This document shows positions 1-19,910 of a stretch of DNA of 64,000 nt, piece after piece. How positions within the stretch are numbered: the stretch's first letter is position 1; the number at the start of each line of letters is the position of its first letter. The stretch lies in NCBI GenBank assembly GCA_039096225.1, contig JBBPEB010000020.1:124001-188000 (forward strand). The letters run 5' to 3'. The notes under the pieces were generated by a model. The model saw only the letters and a list, made by a program, of their open reading frames with translations, searched no databases and had not been told where the DNA came from. The DNA is from Blastocystis sp. Blastoise (lineage: Eukaryota; Protista; Bigyra: Opalinata). Both the position numbers and the translations under genes were made by a program.

Positions 1-2
1 TA

Positions 3-527
3 TTTTATCCTGAATCATCACTTACAAATAGTATTACTACTAAAAATGAAGGAGACTGTCAATATACAGATTATTCTGCACATGTTTCATTAAATAGTTA
101 TCATTCTTATGCTAATAATGATAATTCATATTCTTTTACCTATTTTTGTAAGCTACAAGGACTAGATTATTCATTAATATCTGTCTTAACAAGAAATCAG
201 CAATCAACTCAAGGAAACACAATAAGCATATTGTTCTTTGGTATTAATTCTTCATGGATTAATCCTGATACATTTATTACTCTATATAGATCTATATTAA
301 TATCTATAACTTCTCCTATCACTAAATTACAATTAAATGATATATCTTCAAGCATAGATCCTGTAGATCAATATATTGTAATTAATTTTAAAGTTTTATT
401 CCCTAAAGAAATTCTTGATAATAATTTGCCCATAACTCTGGTAGATACAACATTATTAAAAGAATTACTCTCTAAGAGAATTCAATTCAAATATGATAGT
501 ATTATATGTATGATGTTCTCTGGTTAA
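3..527 (+). CDS. 3' portion of an unknown protein-coding gene (starts outside window)
   Basis: The frame of ORF 231..527 stays open back to position 3 (FYPESSLTNSITTKNEGDCQYTDY...). Composition is protein-like; no recognisable domain. Confidence 0.5.
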   Translation, partial: FYPESSLTNSITTKNEGDCQYTDYSAHVSLNSYHSYANNDNSYSFTYFCKLQGLDYSLISVLTRNQQSTQGNTISILFFGINSSWINPDTFITLYRSILISITSPITKLQLNDISSSIDPVDQYIVINFKVLFPKEILDNNLPITLVDTTLLKELLSKRIQFKYDSIICMMFSG

Positions 528-2791
528 TATAAATATTTATTAAATATTATATCCAAATTTTATTATTATAGCTGTATATATTTCTATTATATATAGTTTT
601 ATATATAACTATTAATATATATAACTATTAATATTATTGATAATTGAATAATTTCTATACATATTTTTTTCCTTTATTTATCTTTTTATTTATTTATTTA
701 TTTTATATAATACAAATTAAATAATTTTTCATTTATAATTATAAATGACAATTGAATAACATTCTTAATTAAATGTCTAGTCATTTATATATATATATTT
801 TTTTAAAGTTATTTTTATCATCATTTATCTACTATTTATAATTAATATATCTGATTCATGTTTTGTTAAAATATAAAAATTTTTATTTCAATATATACGT
901 TTTCTTGAAGAAATGTTTTTTTGAAGAAATATTCATTTTTTAGTATCCTTTTTTATATGTCACTCTATATGTTTATATAAATTCTCCTTTTTTATGATAA
1001 TAACACCTGGAATTCATGTATATTCTTATACTTATGTCTGTTTTTGAAATTAATTTAATTATTGATATTAGTATTTATTATTAACATATATTATTATCAA
1101 TATACATTCCGAAACATAATATACATAAACACTATTGTTATCGTACTTATTACTATGTTCTATAGTACATTAATTTTATTATATATGTTATTTGTTTTCT
1201 TTCTTCATACTTCATTCTTATCAACCCAAATACAATATTTTTTTAATATTTTATAATTTTTAGAATCACTTCATGTTTTTATATATCTTTTTATTATATA
1301 TATATAATTACTAATAAAATATATTTATCCTTTATAATTGTTAAATATTAGTTCATATACATGTTGTTTTGTTATTATAATTTATATGACACAAGACCTT
1401 TTAACAAATCAATTGGATTCCTTCTATATGCTACATATATTATTAGCGAACACTTTAAAACCATTTTTTAAAAATAAATAATTGTAACATATATAATATA
1501 ATATCAAATAAAATTTTAATTTCATAGTTATTTACTATAATCAACGAGAATAGTAACTTTTAATGTCTTGTGATTTTTACTATTTAAAAAATGAAAATAT
1601 ATTTCTATCTCGATTTAATATGAATGAATATTTGTTCATAAAATGTGACTACCAAAAATAGAATAAGTGTCACAAATTGTTATGACATTTGTTGCACAGA
1701 CAAAATTGGCATCAAGAAAGAAACTGTTAACAACAAAATATGTAAAAATGTTTTATATTGAAAAAGTTGTATAATAACAATGAATCAATTAGAATTTGGG
1801 AGAATAGAGAATATATTCTATATATAAATAAATGAATAGATATATTATATGTAGTTCGTTTGATATCTTCATACTTTAAAATATTAATTGATATAACATT
1901 TATAATAATCAATAAATTCAATAAAGTTTATATTTGTATAATAATAGGAAAGAGGATGTATTTCATAATATGCATTCATTAATTATTATATTAAAAGGAA
2001 CACATCATTAGTATTCAAAGATATCAATTTGTTTTTATACAAAAACAATTGTTTTATTTATCACCTATTTGTTTTAATAAACTGATCATATTAGGATAAA
2101 AAAAAATAATTCTGAACACCATTCTGTTATATAAAGTAACTTGAAGAAGAAATCAAATGCATTATAGAAATTTGATATAAAATTGACATAGTAACTAAAT
2201 TAATAATATTCTGAGAATAGATTATTTTGTTTGCAAAGATATCTAGATGAGTATTGATAAAGAAAGGCGATAATCTTATCAATTTTTTTCATAATAGGTT
2301 AATTTTTGTAGAGCAAGCAACAGCTCAATATCTAGTGAAGCGCTTATATCATTACTACAGATTAAATAAAAGGGTACACCATATTATAGAATAAAAATGA
2401 ATTAATTACTATTAATTTTCATATTATTGTTTAGGAAGGTATTCAAGATCTAGGGGAAAATACATAATGAATATATTTTTGAAATAAAAAAGAATAATTC
2501 ATTGAAAAAACGTTGTTTTAAAATATTTTAATAAAAATATGAAAATTATCTGAAAATGACTGAATAGCCAAATTTTTGAAAAATATAAAAAATTTTAGTG
2601 ATCAATTACATATATTCGTGAATTTATGATGTTGAAAAAGAGCAAGTTTTATTCTTTGTTATCTCAATGATTATTTATAATTATAAGATATTATAGTTAT
2701 TCAAATAGAATTTATTTATTATTTGTTTGTAATACTATCTTTTAAGCATACTATTATATGATCATTTTGTCATTATAGTTGAATTCGAGTG

Positions 2792-6752
<3,961 letters not shown>

Positions 6753-8265
6753 ATATATGGACTCCTTTCTATATATATGTTTTTATTTTTTATATTGTTA
6801 TATTTAATTATATTTTTTAATTTCCTTTTAATGTTTTTATTAATTCTATATATAAAAAATATTTTTTTAAAGAAAGTTGTGACTAAATATAACTAAAATA
6901 ATGGTAATAATTAAACACTATAATACATTAAAATATTTTTTTGTAATTATTATGGATTCATTATTATACTTTGTTTAATTATTCTAAAAAAAATAAATAG
7001 AATAATATTTCTATAGGATTATTGTTATGATAATGATGTCCTGAATATAGATAACTATAATTATTTAATAATAAATATTTTTTATAAAATTATTGAAAAC
7101 TACATTTTTCATCAAACCTATTTGTCTTCATATTAAAAAAGAAATATTTTTATAACTTTTTTATAACGTTATTTGTAGTTTAATTATATAATAGTATTTT
7201 TATTTCTAAAGTAGTTACAAACTAAGTGTCAAAATGAAACAAAAAGTATATAGTTTTAATTCATTAATTATTTCTCACATTTATAATATATTATATTTTT
7301 ATTTTTTATCATAATTTTAAGAATTTGTATATAAAATATTTTTTTTTTAATGATTTATAAATGTAGATTACAAATATTTTTTGAATTGTTCGTAATTTAA
7401 TTATTATAATATTATTTCACAATAAAACATTTATTATATAAATTCTTCATTAAGAATTATAATATACATGTATTATAAAATATTTCTTAATAATTCATAT
7501 ATACATAATTTATTATATTAGTGACATATAATCAAGATACATTAAAAATAATTAGATATCATGAATATATCATCAAAAAAGAGTTGCTATTCATATATAG
7601 TATATTATGAATAGTCATGATTAAATTTAGTAGAAAATATAGATAAATTATCGTATAAAATATTATAAGAATAAAATAGTATGAAATAGAAATGGAAGAG
7701 TACGAATGAGATAGAAAAAAGGAGAGATTTTTGTATCAGTAGGCTATAGAATAGATAATATTTGAGAAATAGAAGTATATTACATAAATATAATATAAAA
7801 ATAAATAAAAATGTATTAAATTCAGTCAGAAATCAGGAATGATTAAAAGAAAAACTAGATATTCACTTATAGATAAGTAATAATTATCATACATAAATAT
7901 ATATATCATATAAATAATAATAAAAACGTATCTGTTAAAAATAAGTTACTTATTAATCAAAATGTAAATTAATCTAGAAATATAAATTGATTAGACATAC
8001 GGTTCTGTTTCTAATATCTTCTATATTTTTAATTAGTATTCAATACATTATTTTAAGTAAAAAAATAAGCGAAGATCCACAATAAGTTACCTATTTTTGG
8101 AAATTATTGAGATATTGTTATATATCATAATAATTACTAATCATTCAAAATAATAGTTTTCATTTTAAGTGAATAATAAGCAAATAAAAAGGAAATAGAA
8201 AAATATTGAAAAAGAAAATAAACAGGGGAAACAACTATATTTATTTAATTAGCGTTATTTCCTTA

Positions 8266-8895
8266 ATGGTGAAAGAAAAGGTGTTATTTGATATTGATAA
8301 ATTCAATAAATTGAAGGAGGATATCAATGTATATGAAGAATTGATGAAAGATGTTGTTAATGTATTTGGATCAGTAATGAATCTTGGTATACATTCTGGA
8401 ATATCGATAAATAGACTTATGAAACATATTGAAAATGATTGTATTGAAAAAGAAGGTGAAAGAAATGAATTTGAAAAGAAATGTGTTTATGAAAATAATA
8501 ATTATGGAGATATGAATGTCAATATGGATGATAATGATGATAATGATATGGATTTGATACGATTTACGAATAATGGTCCTGTTTTTCAAATATCGAAATC
8601 AGTTTTAGATACTTTGAAAGGTTCTTTTATAGATGATCAACTTGAAGAAGAAAAAAGAACGAATGATGGAACTATCTTTCTTTGTTATGAAGGTCAAGAT
8701 GCTTTTATTTATTATTTATTAGATTATTTGAATGAAAAGAACGTAGATTTAAATTCTTTTTCTTATGAAGAACAATTAGAAATATTAAATTTATTTGAAT
8801 TTTGTGGATTAGTAATTCCTATAGAATTATTAAATTGTAGAGAAAGAAGAGATCGAAAAATGAAGAAATATAATGAAAACGAAAATAATTATTAG
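8266..8895 (+). CDS. BTB/POZ-domain protein, probably 3'-truncated
   Basis: ATG at 8266 (MVKEKVLF). LIRFTNNGPVFQISKSVLDTLKGSFI...GTIFLCYEGQDAFIYYLLDYLN...LEILNLFEFCGL matches the KCTD-type BTB pattern. The ORF stops soon after the domain. Confidence 0.6.
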   Translation: MVKEKVLFDIDKFNKLKEDINVYEELMKDVVNVFGSVMNLGIHSGISINRLMKHIENDCIEKEGERNEFEKKCVYENNNYGDMNVNMDDNDDNDMDLIRFTNNGPVFQISKSVLDTLKGSFIDDQLEEEKRTNDGTIFLCYEGQDAFIYYLLDYLNEKNVDLNSFSYEEQLEILNLFEFCGLVIPIELLNCRERRDRKMKKYNENENNY

Positions 8896-10135
8896 ATTAT
8901 TATATATATATATATATGTAAGAATGTGTACATATTATTATTAAAAGAATCGATGAGAATATTGTTATAAGACTCAAAAAATAATATTTATAATTCATAT
9001 TAATGTTGAAATAGTATATATCAACGCTATTCTATTGTTTAAATTAGTTATATATATTTTAATTTAACATACTATACATAAATATTGTATATTTTATTTT
9101 TAATAGTTTTATATTCAGTTCTTTCTCATATGTTATAAAATAGAATTGACATATATAATTATTTAAATTAGTTTTTATAATAATAATATTATCAAAACAT
9201 TTGTTCTTTTTAGCATTCAATTCAATTCATATTTGTTATAAAAAAGCATTCAGTTGTGTTATTATAATGTTAAAAAATGAAGTATATTGTTTGTTAGAAT
9301 ATACTAACTTATTAATAATTATTTTCACTTATTCTTATTTACATTAAATTATTCAATAACAATCAAATTTCACAATCAAGAAAAGGTAAAAAATAAACTA
9401 AATATTTAGAGTATATCTTTTTATTACACAGAAAATATTTATTTTCTTTTTAATTATAAAATAATAAGCTATGAAATTCATTTTAATTAGATATTTTTAA
9501 TATAATAACATATTTATAATATTTATTTTACCTTCATTTTCAACTCATGGTTCAAGTGATCAACAGTAGTTCATAATTCTCTGTAATAATATAAGTAATG
9601 CATTTCTTATAGTCTTCATAGTATAAAAAATGAAATAAATATACTATAAGTCACCAAGTAGTGACTCATCGACAACAATTCTGTTATTAAATATTACAAT
9701 ATTTTTCAAATAAATAATAAATAGCAAGCACAACGTCATGAATTTCATTAATGTTGATATTATGAATATAAATGACTAAAACATAGAGAATTAAAAAAAA
9801 TAACAATTTGGAAAAATCGTGATTATTTTATGTTTTTTTTTTGAAAAAGAATTGTGGAAATTATTAATTATAAAGCACATCCTAGTATTTAATCGTTGTT
9901 TTATCAGTTTTCAAAGTAATCAAGAAATACTAGCAAAAAAACTAGGTTTCTACGTATAGAAATACAAAAAATATCTCTTATTTATTTTGTTTTGTTATTT
10001 CACAAATAATCTAAATATTCTCTTAATTTTAATTTATTGCAGTAAATTTCATGAATGAATTTATTATATAGCCTAAAATATTGTCTTTTTAACATTTCAT
10101 GTTGTAATCATTGTGTTTATATAGTTTAAATAGTC

Positions 10136-13100
10136 ATGTCGAAAGAATTAATTGAAGATAAATGTATTGGATATGATTAATAATACCTTGATCTATTTTT
10201 AGATTTATTTACATTTCAAGATGAGAAGCAATTATGGATTCCAAGAGAATTTATAAAGAAATATCATCAACTTCCTTTTTATGATATCATTCAACACACT
10301 GAGAAATATGAAGATGGTAGTTATTATATAGATATGCCTTCATTGAGCATGGATAAAGTGATTCATTTTTTAATGGATGATAATATAGATATTTCTTCAT
10401 TAAATCTTAAAGATAGTTATGATATATATGAAACAATTCTTGAATACTCAGTTAAGATTGATAAAGGAATTCAATGTGATTTATTAATACATATTAAACA
10501 ATTATTCTATAGTTATTTAAATGGGAATAATTATGATATAGATGGATGTTATTGTAGTTATATTGAATCACGTATGCCTATGGATTTATTCAATTTAGAA
10601 GAAAAAAAAATATTTATTAATGGTATATATAAAATATTTCATATAAATAATATTGTATATATATATAGACTTATTTACGCCAAAAAGAAAGGATAAATTA
10701 TTATATTATTCTCTTCTTATTAAAATGATGAATATTACTAAAGTTTATATTACATGTAAATTTATTTATAACATAATATAATGTAAATAATAATAATATA
10801 GATGATTATGCATCAAACGTTCCATTAGAATATATATGTCCATCGTGTATTAAAGATATATTTCCTTCTTTAGAAGAAATAACTATCTTTGGTATATATA
10901 TATATATGTTATTAATAAATATATATATAGTAACAACACATTATAAGGTAACTAACCAATTATTAAACCCAAATAGTGATGAATATATAATAGAATATAT
11001 TCATTTATTTAGTGAAAATGATTATAAAATAGAGAATCCTGAAGAATATAAATATTACACTAAATCAGAGATGAAAAAATATAATAAGACTTCTTCTTTA
11101 GATCTTAATAAAAAATATTATTCTCATAAATTGATTGATATATATAATGAAAAAAGAGAAAAGAATGAATTACCTAAATTATATAAATATATTATTGATG
11201 AACCCATGTATACAAGTGACTATTCAAATGTAAAGACAAGTTATACAGAAGATGGATATGTATTATATGATCAAGTCACTATTAAATATGAAAGTATATA
11301 AATTACAATAAAATTATATAATTAATTATTATTATATAGATAAAACAAATGATAAAACATTCACGTAAATAATATTATTTTTTATATAAACATTTATTCT
11401 AAAACATTAAATAGTATTAATGAAGTATCTACTGAACATGGTATATCTCAATTATTACTTCTTCCTACATATTTAATTATTTTCAATATCATTTTAAAAG
11501 CAGGTAAAAAAACATATAAATAATAAATATAATAAGTTATTTAGGCTATATAAATAATTGTCCTGGAATTATTTTAAAATTATTTGAAGAAGGAATTTTT
11601 GATTCTTTAACTACATTAAATGTTAGCACATGTATTATTTTTTTAATTATTATTATTAATACTTTTATTCTATATAGTTCAACAATTAACAAATATATTT
11701 GATGATAATCTATTGAACAAAATAATGACAACTTATGTATTTCCAAATGTTACTGAATTTATATATGATAATGGTATTTATATTATAATAGAATGAATAT
11801 TTATATATATAATAATAGAATGAATATATATATATAATAATAATAATAGAATGAATATTTATATATATAATAATAGAATGAATATTATATATATGTAGGA
11901 TGTTTCCAATCATCTTTAATAACGAAAGAATGCTTCCCTAAATTACATATTATCAATTACGATATTTTTATAAGTAAATTTATTATAAATAAGTTATTAT
12001 TCTTAATTTAGCTAATAACAATTTTGAGTCTCTATTTCATGATAATTTAATATCTATGATTGATACTATTCGAATACAAGGAATTGGTTATCAAATAGAT
12101 GAAGAAGTTTGTCGTTTAGATAATTTAGTTTATACTCATTCACTACATATTGATATAATTTTTAAATATATAAGTATTATATATTTATCTATGATTATAA
12201 TACTATCTATGTAATTAATTATTTTTATTTACTTTGTATATAGATAATTGGATTTATTTGTTTCCTCATTTAAATGAATTATTAACGAAAGATCTTATTT
12301 CCTTTGATAAACTTTCTAGTATGAATTATTTCTTTATTATTTGTTTTCTTATATATTATATTATATTATATATATATACTATTCTATAAAGTTGATTCTT
12401 CTCGTTCTGAAAATATCAAAGTATTAGAGTATATTGAGAATTATAACCAAAATATTGATTGTTTAGAAATAAGATTTGAAGGTATTTATTTATATTTAAT
12501 AAATATGTTGTTCATATATCGTCATAATAAACATATATAGAATTATTATTCAATGAAAATCGAGATAAAATTGATATCAGAAATGCATTAGAAAGATTCT
12601 TAAAGAGTGATTTATTAAAACATTTGGAGTGTTTAACTATTATATGTATATTATTATTTATATTATATAGATTATTTATTATTAATATGTTTTATATAAT
12701 AGTTGATGTTTCTTTTAAGATAAATATGGAATATTTAACATGGATATCAACTCTTTTTAATGACAATAAGTTTAATACTATTCATAAATTAGAAATTGAT
12801 TGTATATTATATTATAAACAATATGAATATACATATAGATGACTATGGTATTGGATGTATCGATATCAATCCATCCTCTGAATATTTAACTGCATATGAA
12901 AATATATTTGAAAAATTTATTCCTAAGGCTTCTATTGTTAATATAAATAGTAATTATTTATATATATAATTATTATGTTTATGATAATTTATTTAATACA
13001 TTTTAACTATTCTTTCTAGATTGTACTATGACTCTTATAAATCGATTAATCACAAAAGGATGTTTCCTTAATACAACTCAATTAACTCTAAGTATATATA

Positions 13101-14015
13101 TTATATACAATACAATATATTATATATTTCATTCTCTAAACTTTCATGTATTACTTTAGATAATATTGATACACCGGATGATAATTTTTATAAAATATAT
13201 ACTACTGATAATTTCCCTCAATTAAAATACATCAAGTTTTGTATATAATTATAATCATAATTATATTCTTTTATTATGAATCATTTATAGATATGTATTA
13301 TCTTTTCATATAAACAATTATTGTGATTAAATAATATGTATATATATAGGTATAAAAAAACCGATGGAAAAATGGATTTCTTTATGTGGAAGAATTTATG
13401 ATTTTTTTTATAATGATAACACTCCATTATCAAGGGGTGTTCGATTAAGTAGTATGCCATAATATTGATTCTAGTCATATTCATTAATATTGTTATTCTA
13501 TAGATTTGATAAATTATTTAAATGCTGATAATATTTATAATCCTAATAATTCTATTTTTCGATATAAATATGATAGTAATTCATTTATAGATACAATTAT
13601 TGGTACTTATGGTATATATATATATATATATGTCATATCATATTATGTATATATAGATGAAGCGACAAGTAAATCTGAGATAGAAACACTGATTGATTAT
13701 ATAAACAAGAAAAAAACTCAAAATATAAGATTTTTAAGATTATGTATTTTAATAAATAGTTTATATCATATGTTATTCATTCTTATAGATATTTATGATG
13801 AAAAGCAATTATCAAAACTTATCAATTTTATTATTACTGGAAAGATACCTCAATTAAAAGAGCTTATTATTGTTTGCACATGTATATAGTTTTTTATTTG
13901 AATATTCATTTTTTTAGGTGACAATAGTTTATATGGAAAAGCTGATATATATAAACATCAATTAAGAAAATCGTCATTTATTCAGGAAAATCATGTAAAT
14001 TATCTACTCATATAA
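10136..14015 (+). CDS. Multi-exon lineage-specific family protein with N-terminal BTB/POZ-like domain (paralog B)
   Basis: ATG at 10136 (MSKELIEDK). Same exon series as 2792-6752 (EYICPSCI, NEKREKNELPKLYKYI, MEYLxWISTLFNDNKFNTI, QLSKLINFIxTGK), ending NHVNYLLI-TAA at 14015. Confidence 0.75.
11785..11890. repeat. Intronic minisatellite, ~4 copies of ATAATAGAATGAATAT(TTATATATAT)
   Basis: Unit repeated four times in one intron of paralog B; absent from the equivalent intron of paralog A. Confidence 0.8.
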
Positions 14016-14806
14016 GTTTTATTTTATACTTTTTGTCATTTTAACATTTTTTTGTTACAATTTTTTAAAGTTTTATTTAATTACTTTATATGATACTAGA
14101 AAATACATCATAGTGTCATATGTTATATAATATGTGAAAATAATAATATTATAATTGATGATTCTATAATTTTTATATTTGATTACATAGTTCATTTTCT
14201 TTTGTTATATATATAATTAAAAACTTGAAATATATATTAATTATAATTGCCTAAATTATATATATGCACAAAATCAAAATAAAAACCGAAAAGAAATTGT
14301 TTAAACAAGGAAAAGAAAGATATTTTAATATAATTTATAAGAAATATTAACAAAATTATAATAAATATGTAGTGACAATTATATGGTTATTAGCTCTTCA
14401 CATTATATATATATATAAACAATATAAAATATTTTCTTGAATTATTATAAATAAAACCAATCAAAAACGATTCTCTTAATTAAAAAAAAATAATGTTCGA
14501 TTATATTATATTATTATTACAAATCATATAATATATTTTTCTATGATTCAATTTATAAATCTATCCATAAATAATTATTATTTAATGCAAACTATTTCAT
14601 CTATATGCCAGAAATATTTTCAAGAATAATATATATTGTTTAATAAATAGTTCATTATATAACGAAACGCAAAAAAAAAAACAAATAAAAATGTATCTAT
14701 AATTTTCTTAAAAATAGATGACAAAATGGTAAATATAAAAGAAATCTAATATATTTACACATTAATAACTACGAAATAATTAAAAGATAAAGATAAACGA
14801 AATATG

Positions 14807-14851
<45 letters not shown>

Positions 14852-14875
14852 AAATCAACTTTATAAAAAATTAAT

Positions 14876-17800
14876 TTAAATTTTAACTGTTTTTGAAGAG
14901 TTCTTTCTATTCTTTGCATTAGTAGAATTTGAAGATACTTTTTCTTTCATTTTCAAATGTGTGTTACTCTTCTTCATTCTATTTAAGATACATAAAATAA
15001 GAACAATTACAATAATTAATAGAATAATAGCTAATACAATCCATAATATTACATTAGTATAATCTACTTTTTCTGCATTCATGACTAAATCATAAGTTTT
15101 TACTCCACCATTCGTAATACAACTAACAGTAAAAGAAGCAGAAGTTAATTCAATTTCAGATGAACCAGTAATAATACATGTATTACTATCTATATTCATA
15201 CCTTTAGGTAAAGGAGGTTCAACAGTACATGTATATTCAGCAGCAATAATCGTGGGAATTAATGGAGAAATAGCTTGACCAATAGTCATTGATATAATAC
15301 GTGCTGGATAACGGAACACAGATGGTTTTTTAGGAATACAATTATTTTCTTCATTTAAAAATTGTCCTTCAAAACATTTACGTTTATATGTACCTTGATA
15401 CAATTCAGGACATGATTTATAACTATATGAATTATGAACTGTTCCTTCATAACCATCTTCTGTACGACTACATGCATTTATAATAATAGTAGTTTTATAA
15501 TATAATTCAGATACAGCAAAACCTGGTTGACTACCCCAAGGACCAACATTACAATAATTAGCATCATAAGGATTTGAAAATTGATTATTACATTCTGTTA
15601 CATAAAATTGAATATATTTATATGATTTTTGATTATAAAAAGTATATTCATTAACTTCATTACAATAAGTAATTATTTGATTATATTGAGTATCTAATAA
15701 ATCCCATGTACTATTATCATTAGAACCACGAATTTCCCATCCAGAAGGAATACGTTTAAAACAATCACATATATGAAATAATGTATATGTATTAATATAT
15801 TCATAACGTTCATTATTAAAATGATAAGTATATTCAGCACCAACACAACGAGGACCTGACCATATCATATTAGATATGGAATGATCAAATAAATTATTTA
15901 CATTATTATAACTTGAAGTATCATATATATTAATATCACTAGTAACAGATCCATCTTGACTTCTAATACTATTATCAGATAATATCATTTGAATTGAACA
16001 ATCAAATAATTCATTTTGTATATTATTCTCTATTTTATGTACTTCTATAGCAAGTATATTTTCATTAAATCGTTTATACCAACCAAATTGAGTACCATAT
16101 ACATAAACAGAAATACTAAAATCAGATTGTTTTATAGCATATGTAGAACTAGTAATATTGACTTGTTCAGGCATATTAACACGTACTAATTCATATCCAT
16201 TCATATATAATATATAACCACCTTTTATAGTAAAACTAAATTTAATAGCAGATCCTTTAGTATCCATTTCATTTGAAACAGTAAAAGGAAATTTATAATA
16301 TTGTGTAATACTATTAGTAGAAGGAAGAGTAGAAGATAATGATGTTAACCATATAGCATTATTATTATTATTAGTTTTACTTGTTGTCCAATCTACATAT
16401 TGATCTTGTGATTCATAAGTATATTGCCATAAAATTGTATTATATTCATATATATAATTATATTGTATAAGTATTATTTTCGGTGACTCATGATTTTCAA
16501 CAGTACCTTCTTGATATAATGTATTATTATTAATTAAAATCTTATAATGACCACCATTCCAACCGTCATTTTCTGAATCTAATAATTGTAATTTATACAT
16601 CGAATCACTTCTACAAAAATGAAATGACATTTTTCCATTTTTATATAATTTTGATTTATCTACTATAACAGTATCTGTTTTTGTTGATAAAATAAAGCCC
16701 ATTTCATTACCAGTAGAACCACTTTCTAAATATAAGGATAATAATGAATTTGGTGAAGTACAAGGGATACAACGAATAGTAATAGTAACAGAAGATTGTT
16801 CTCCTTTATGATTTTTAGCTGATAATATAAATTGTTGATTAAATAATTGAATAGTAGAACCACGAATATTACCTGTTGTACTATCTAATTCAAGACCTTC
16901 AGGAAGAGAAGGAGATATAGTATAATCTCTATATATATCATCTGATTCTGTTATTGTAGGAAATTCTATTCCTTGATATGTTTCTATTATTTTAGGATTA
17001 ATATCAAATGGTGGTATTATTATATTACTAAAATCTTCATTGAAAAATGATAATTCAGTTAAATAATAAATATAATCTTCAGTAATTTCCCAAGGTTCAT
17101 GTAATACGATTTGATAAGATTGATAACAACCAGTATTTTCATATATATAAAAACATTTTTGTTCTCTAGTATTTAACCATTTTACATTTGTTTCATTAGC
17201 TATAGTAATATAATGAATACCATCATAAGAACCCATTAATGACCAATCATTTGGATCATATTCATGACCATTCGCTGCATTCCATATACAATATTTATTA
17301 AAATATTCACAACGATTATTATTTAATGTATATCCAAGAATAGCTTCTTCTCCACGAATACTTCTGATTACAGCAGTATTACTATAAGATTCATCATATA
17401 ATATATTATTATTTGTTTGTGTAGAATGTGTACCAAAAGGAGTAATATCAAAAGTATTTGATAATACATTTGTAAAGGGTTCAAAGAATAATATACAATC
17501 AAAATTTATAGGTATATTATTATATTCACCTAAATTAATTAAGCCAATAGCAATTACATTATTTATATTTTTATTAAATACAGATATAGGTCCTTTTACT
17601 GTTCTATAAATAGTATTAATATCACCAGAAAGAGCTTCAGAAGTAGATGAAAAAGGACCATCTGAAAGATTTCCACGTGTATATTCTATACCATTTATAT
17701 ATATAATATAAGCACTTTTAGCTTTAAAATATAATACAAATCCTTGTTGATTCATTAATGAATCTAATAATATAGTATATCTAAATAAATGTTTATTAGA

Positions 17801-18780
17801 AGTTGATTGAATAGGAGGAGAAGAAGAAGAAATATAATCTATCCAAGTATTTGTAGAATAAGAAGGGAGATACCATTCTGTTGGAATAGTATTCTGCATG
17901 AGTTTCCACGTTGAGGATAATGGTATAATATGTCTTGTATCGATAGTAAATGAAAAAGTTGTTTTCTTATATATAGTAGAACGAGCTAAAGGTATATATT
18001 CTTTATCTAATACAGTATATATCATAATATTTGAAAGAGATGTCCAACCATTAGAACTAGTAGCTTTTAATTGTATAGTTAATAAATCAGCAGGTAAACA
18101 TAAAGAAATAGAAGATATAGAATTAGCAGTAAATGGTTCAGATTCATATACTATAGCATTTGAGGATGAAATGATTTGAAATGAATCAGTTGTTGTTGAT
18201 TTTGTTGTTTTTACAATTTTAATTGGCTGATAAGTAGGCTGAGAACAATCTATAGAGTTATTATTGGTATATTAATGATATATTTATATTATTAAAAAAA
18301 ATGAAAAATATTAAAAGTCTATATTATTATATAATAATAAAAAAAATATTAAAAAAATAATAATAATAAATAAAATAATAGCAAATAAATACCTTCAACA
18401 TTAAAAGTAATAGTAGTATTATAGTTAATTTGTGTATAATCATTAGTAGCACGAATAGTCACATTAATTATCCCTGATTGGAATAGTGTTCCAGTTATAT
18501 AACCGTTATCTTCATTAAGTATAAGTCCAGGAACAGCAGAAGAAATGATTTCAAAATGAGTATAACCAGTAGAAATAGGTTTTTGTACGGGTATATCCAT
18601 ACCTATCTTAGCATTAATAGAAGAAGAAGGATAATATAAACCATCAGGTAACATATTATCATTATTACATGAATATAAAGTAAAATCACCTATACATTGT
18701 TTTGAAGATATTGTTCCTGTTACTATATATATTATTATTATATATATTATTATTATTATTATTATATTTATGTGTAACAT

Positions 18781-18828
<48 letters not shown>

Positions 18829-19879
18829 AAGATAATTTATATTTCTTATAAGCAACATGATTAGATCTTAAAAAGAATTGTAATGTTGTCTTCATTCCCG
18901 CGAATATAATGCCTTCTTGATGATCTAATAAAAAGTATGTATTATCTTCATCATTTGAGCCATATAATTTCCAAGAAGAAGGATTACCATAAGAAGTAGT
19001 ACTTGCAGTAGTTATAGTATAACTTGTCACATATATAGCACTATACATATATATATATATATATTATTATTATTATTACTTATTATTATTATTTTATTAT
19101 TATTATTAATATTATTATTAATATTAATATTATTATTATTATTATTATTATTATTACATAATATATACGTATATATATATAAACTTAATTATAAACAATA
19201 CTAAAAAATATAATAAATATACTCATAGTTTTTAGTTCTCCAAATAAGATCTGTTTGTGGTTTTGATGTATAGAAATAAGAAGTTAGGCAGCTATCAAAT
19301 GCCTTAGAACAAGCATAAGTAGAAGAATAAGCAGCAGTACTACAAGAATAAGAAGCTGTACTAACATCCATACGAGAGAAAGAACATTCTAATAGAATAT
19401 GTAGAATAGAATATATAGAATAGAATATATATTATAAATATATATAATAAATATATACATAAATATATACATAAATATATATAATAAATATATACATAAA
19501 TATATATAATAAAATATATAATAAATATATAAAAAAACAGTATAAGAATCTTATATAATTAATAATAATATTAGCAATTATATATACGATTTGTCTGAAT
19601 GGTATTAAGAAAAGCAAATAAATTCAATAAATCGGGACGATTGCTTTCAGCTCTAAATTGATGAGTTTCAATAGAAATAACCACGGGAGAAGTAGTATTC
19701 AAAGAAGACATAGGGATTTCAATACTATAAGATAATAAATAAAATAAATATTATAAATAGAATAATAATAGTAATATATATAATATATATATAATAAATA
19801 TAATAAAAATATAATTATACTATCTATATATAGCAGTAGCATCATTGGCAGCATCAGCAGTACTAGAAGATGTAATTGG

Positions 19880-19910
<31 letters not shown>
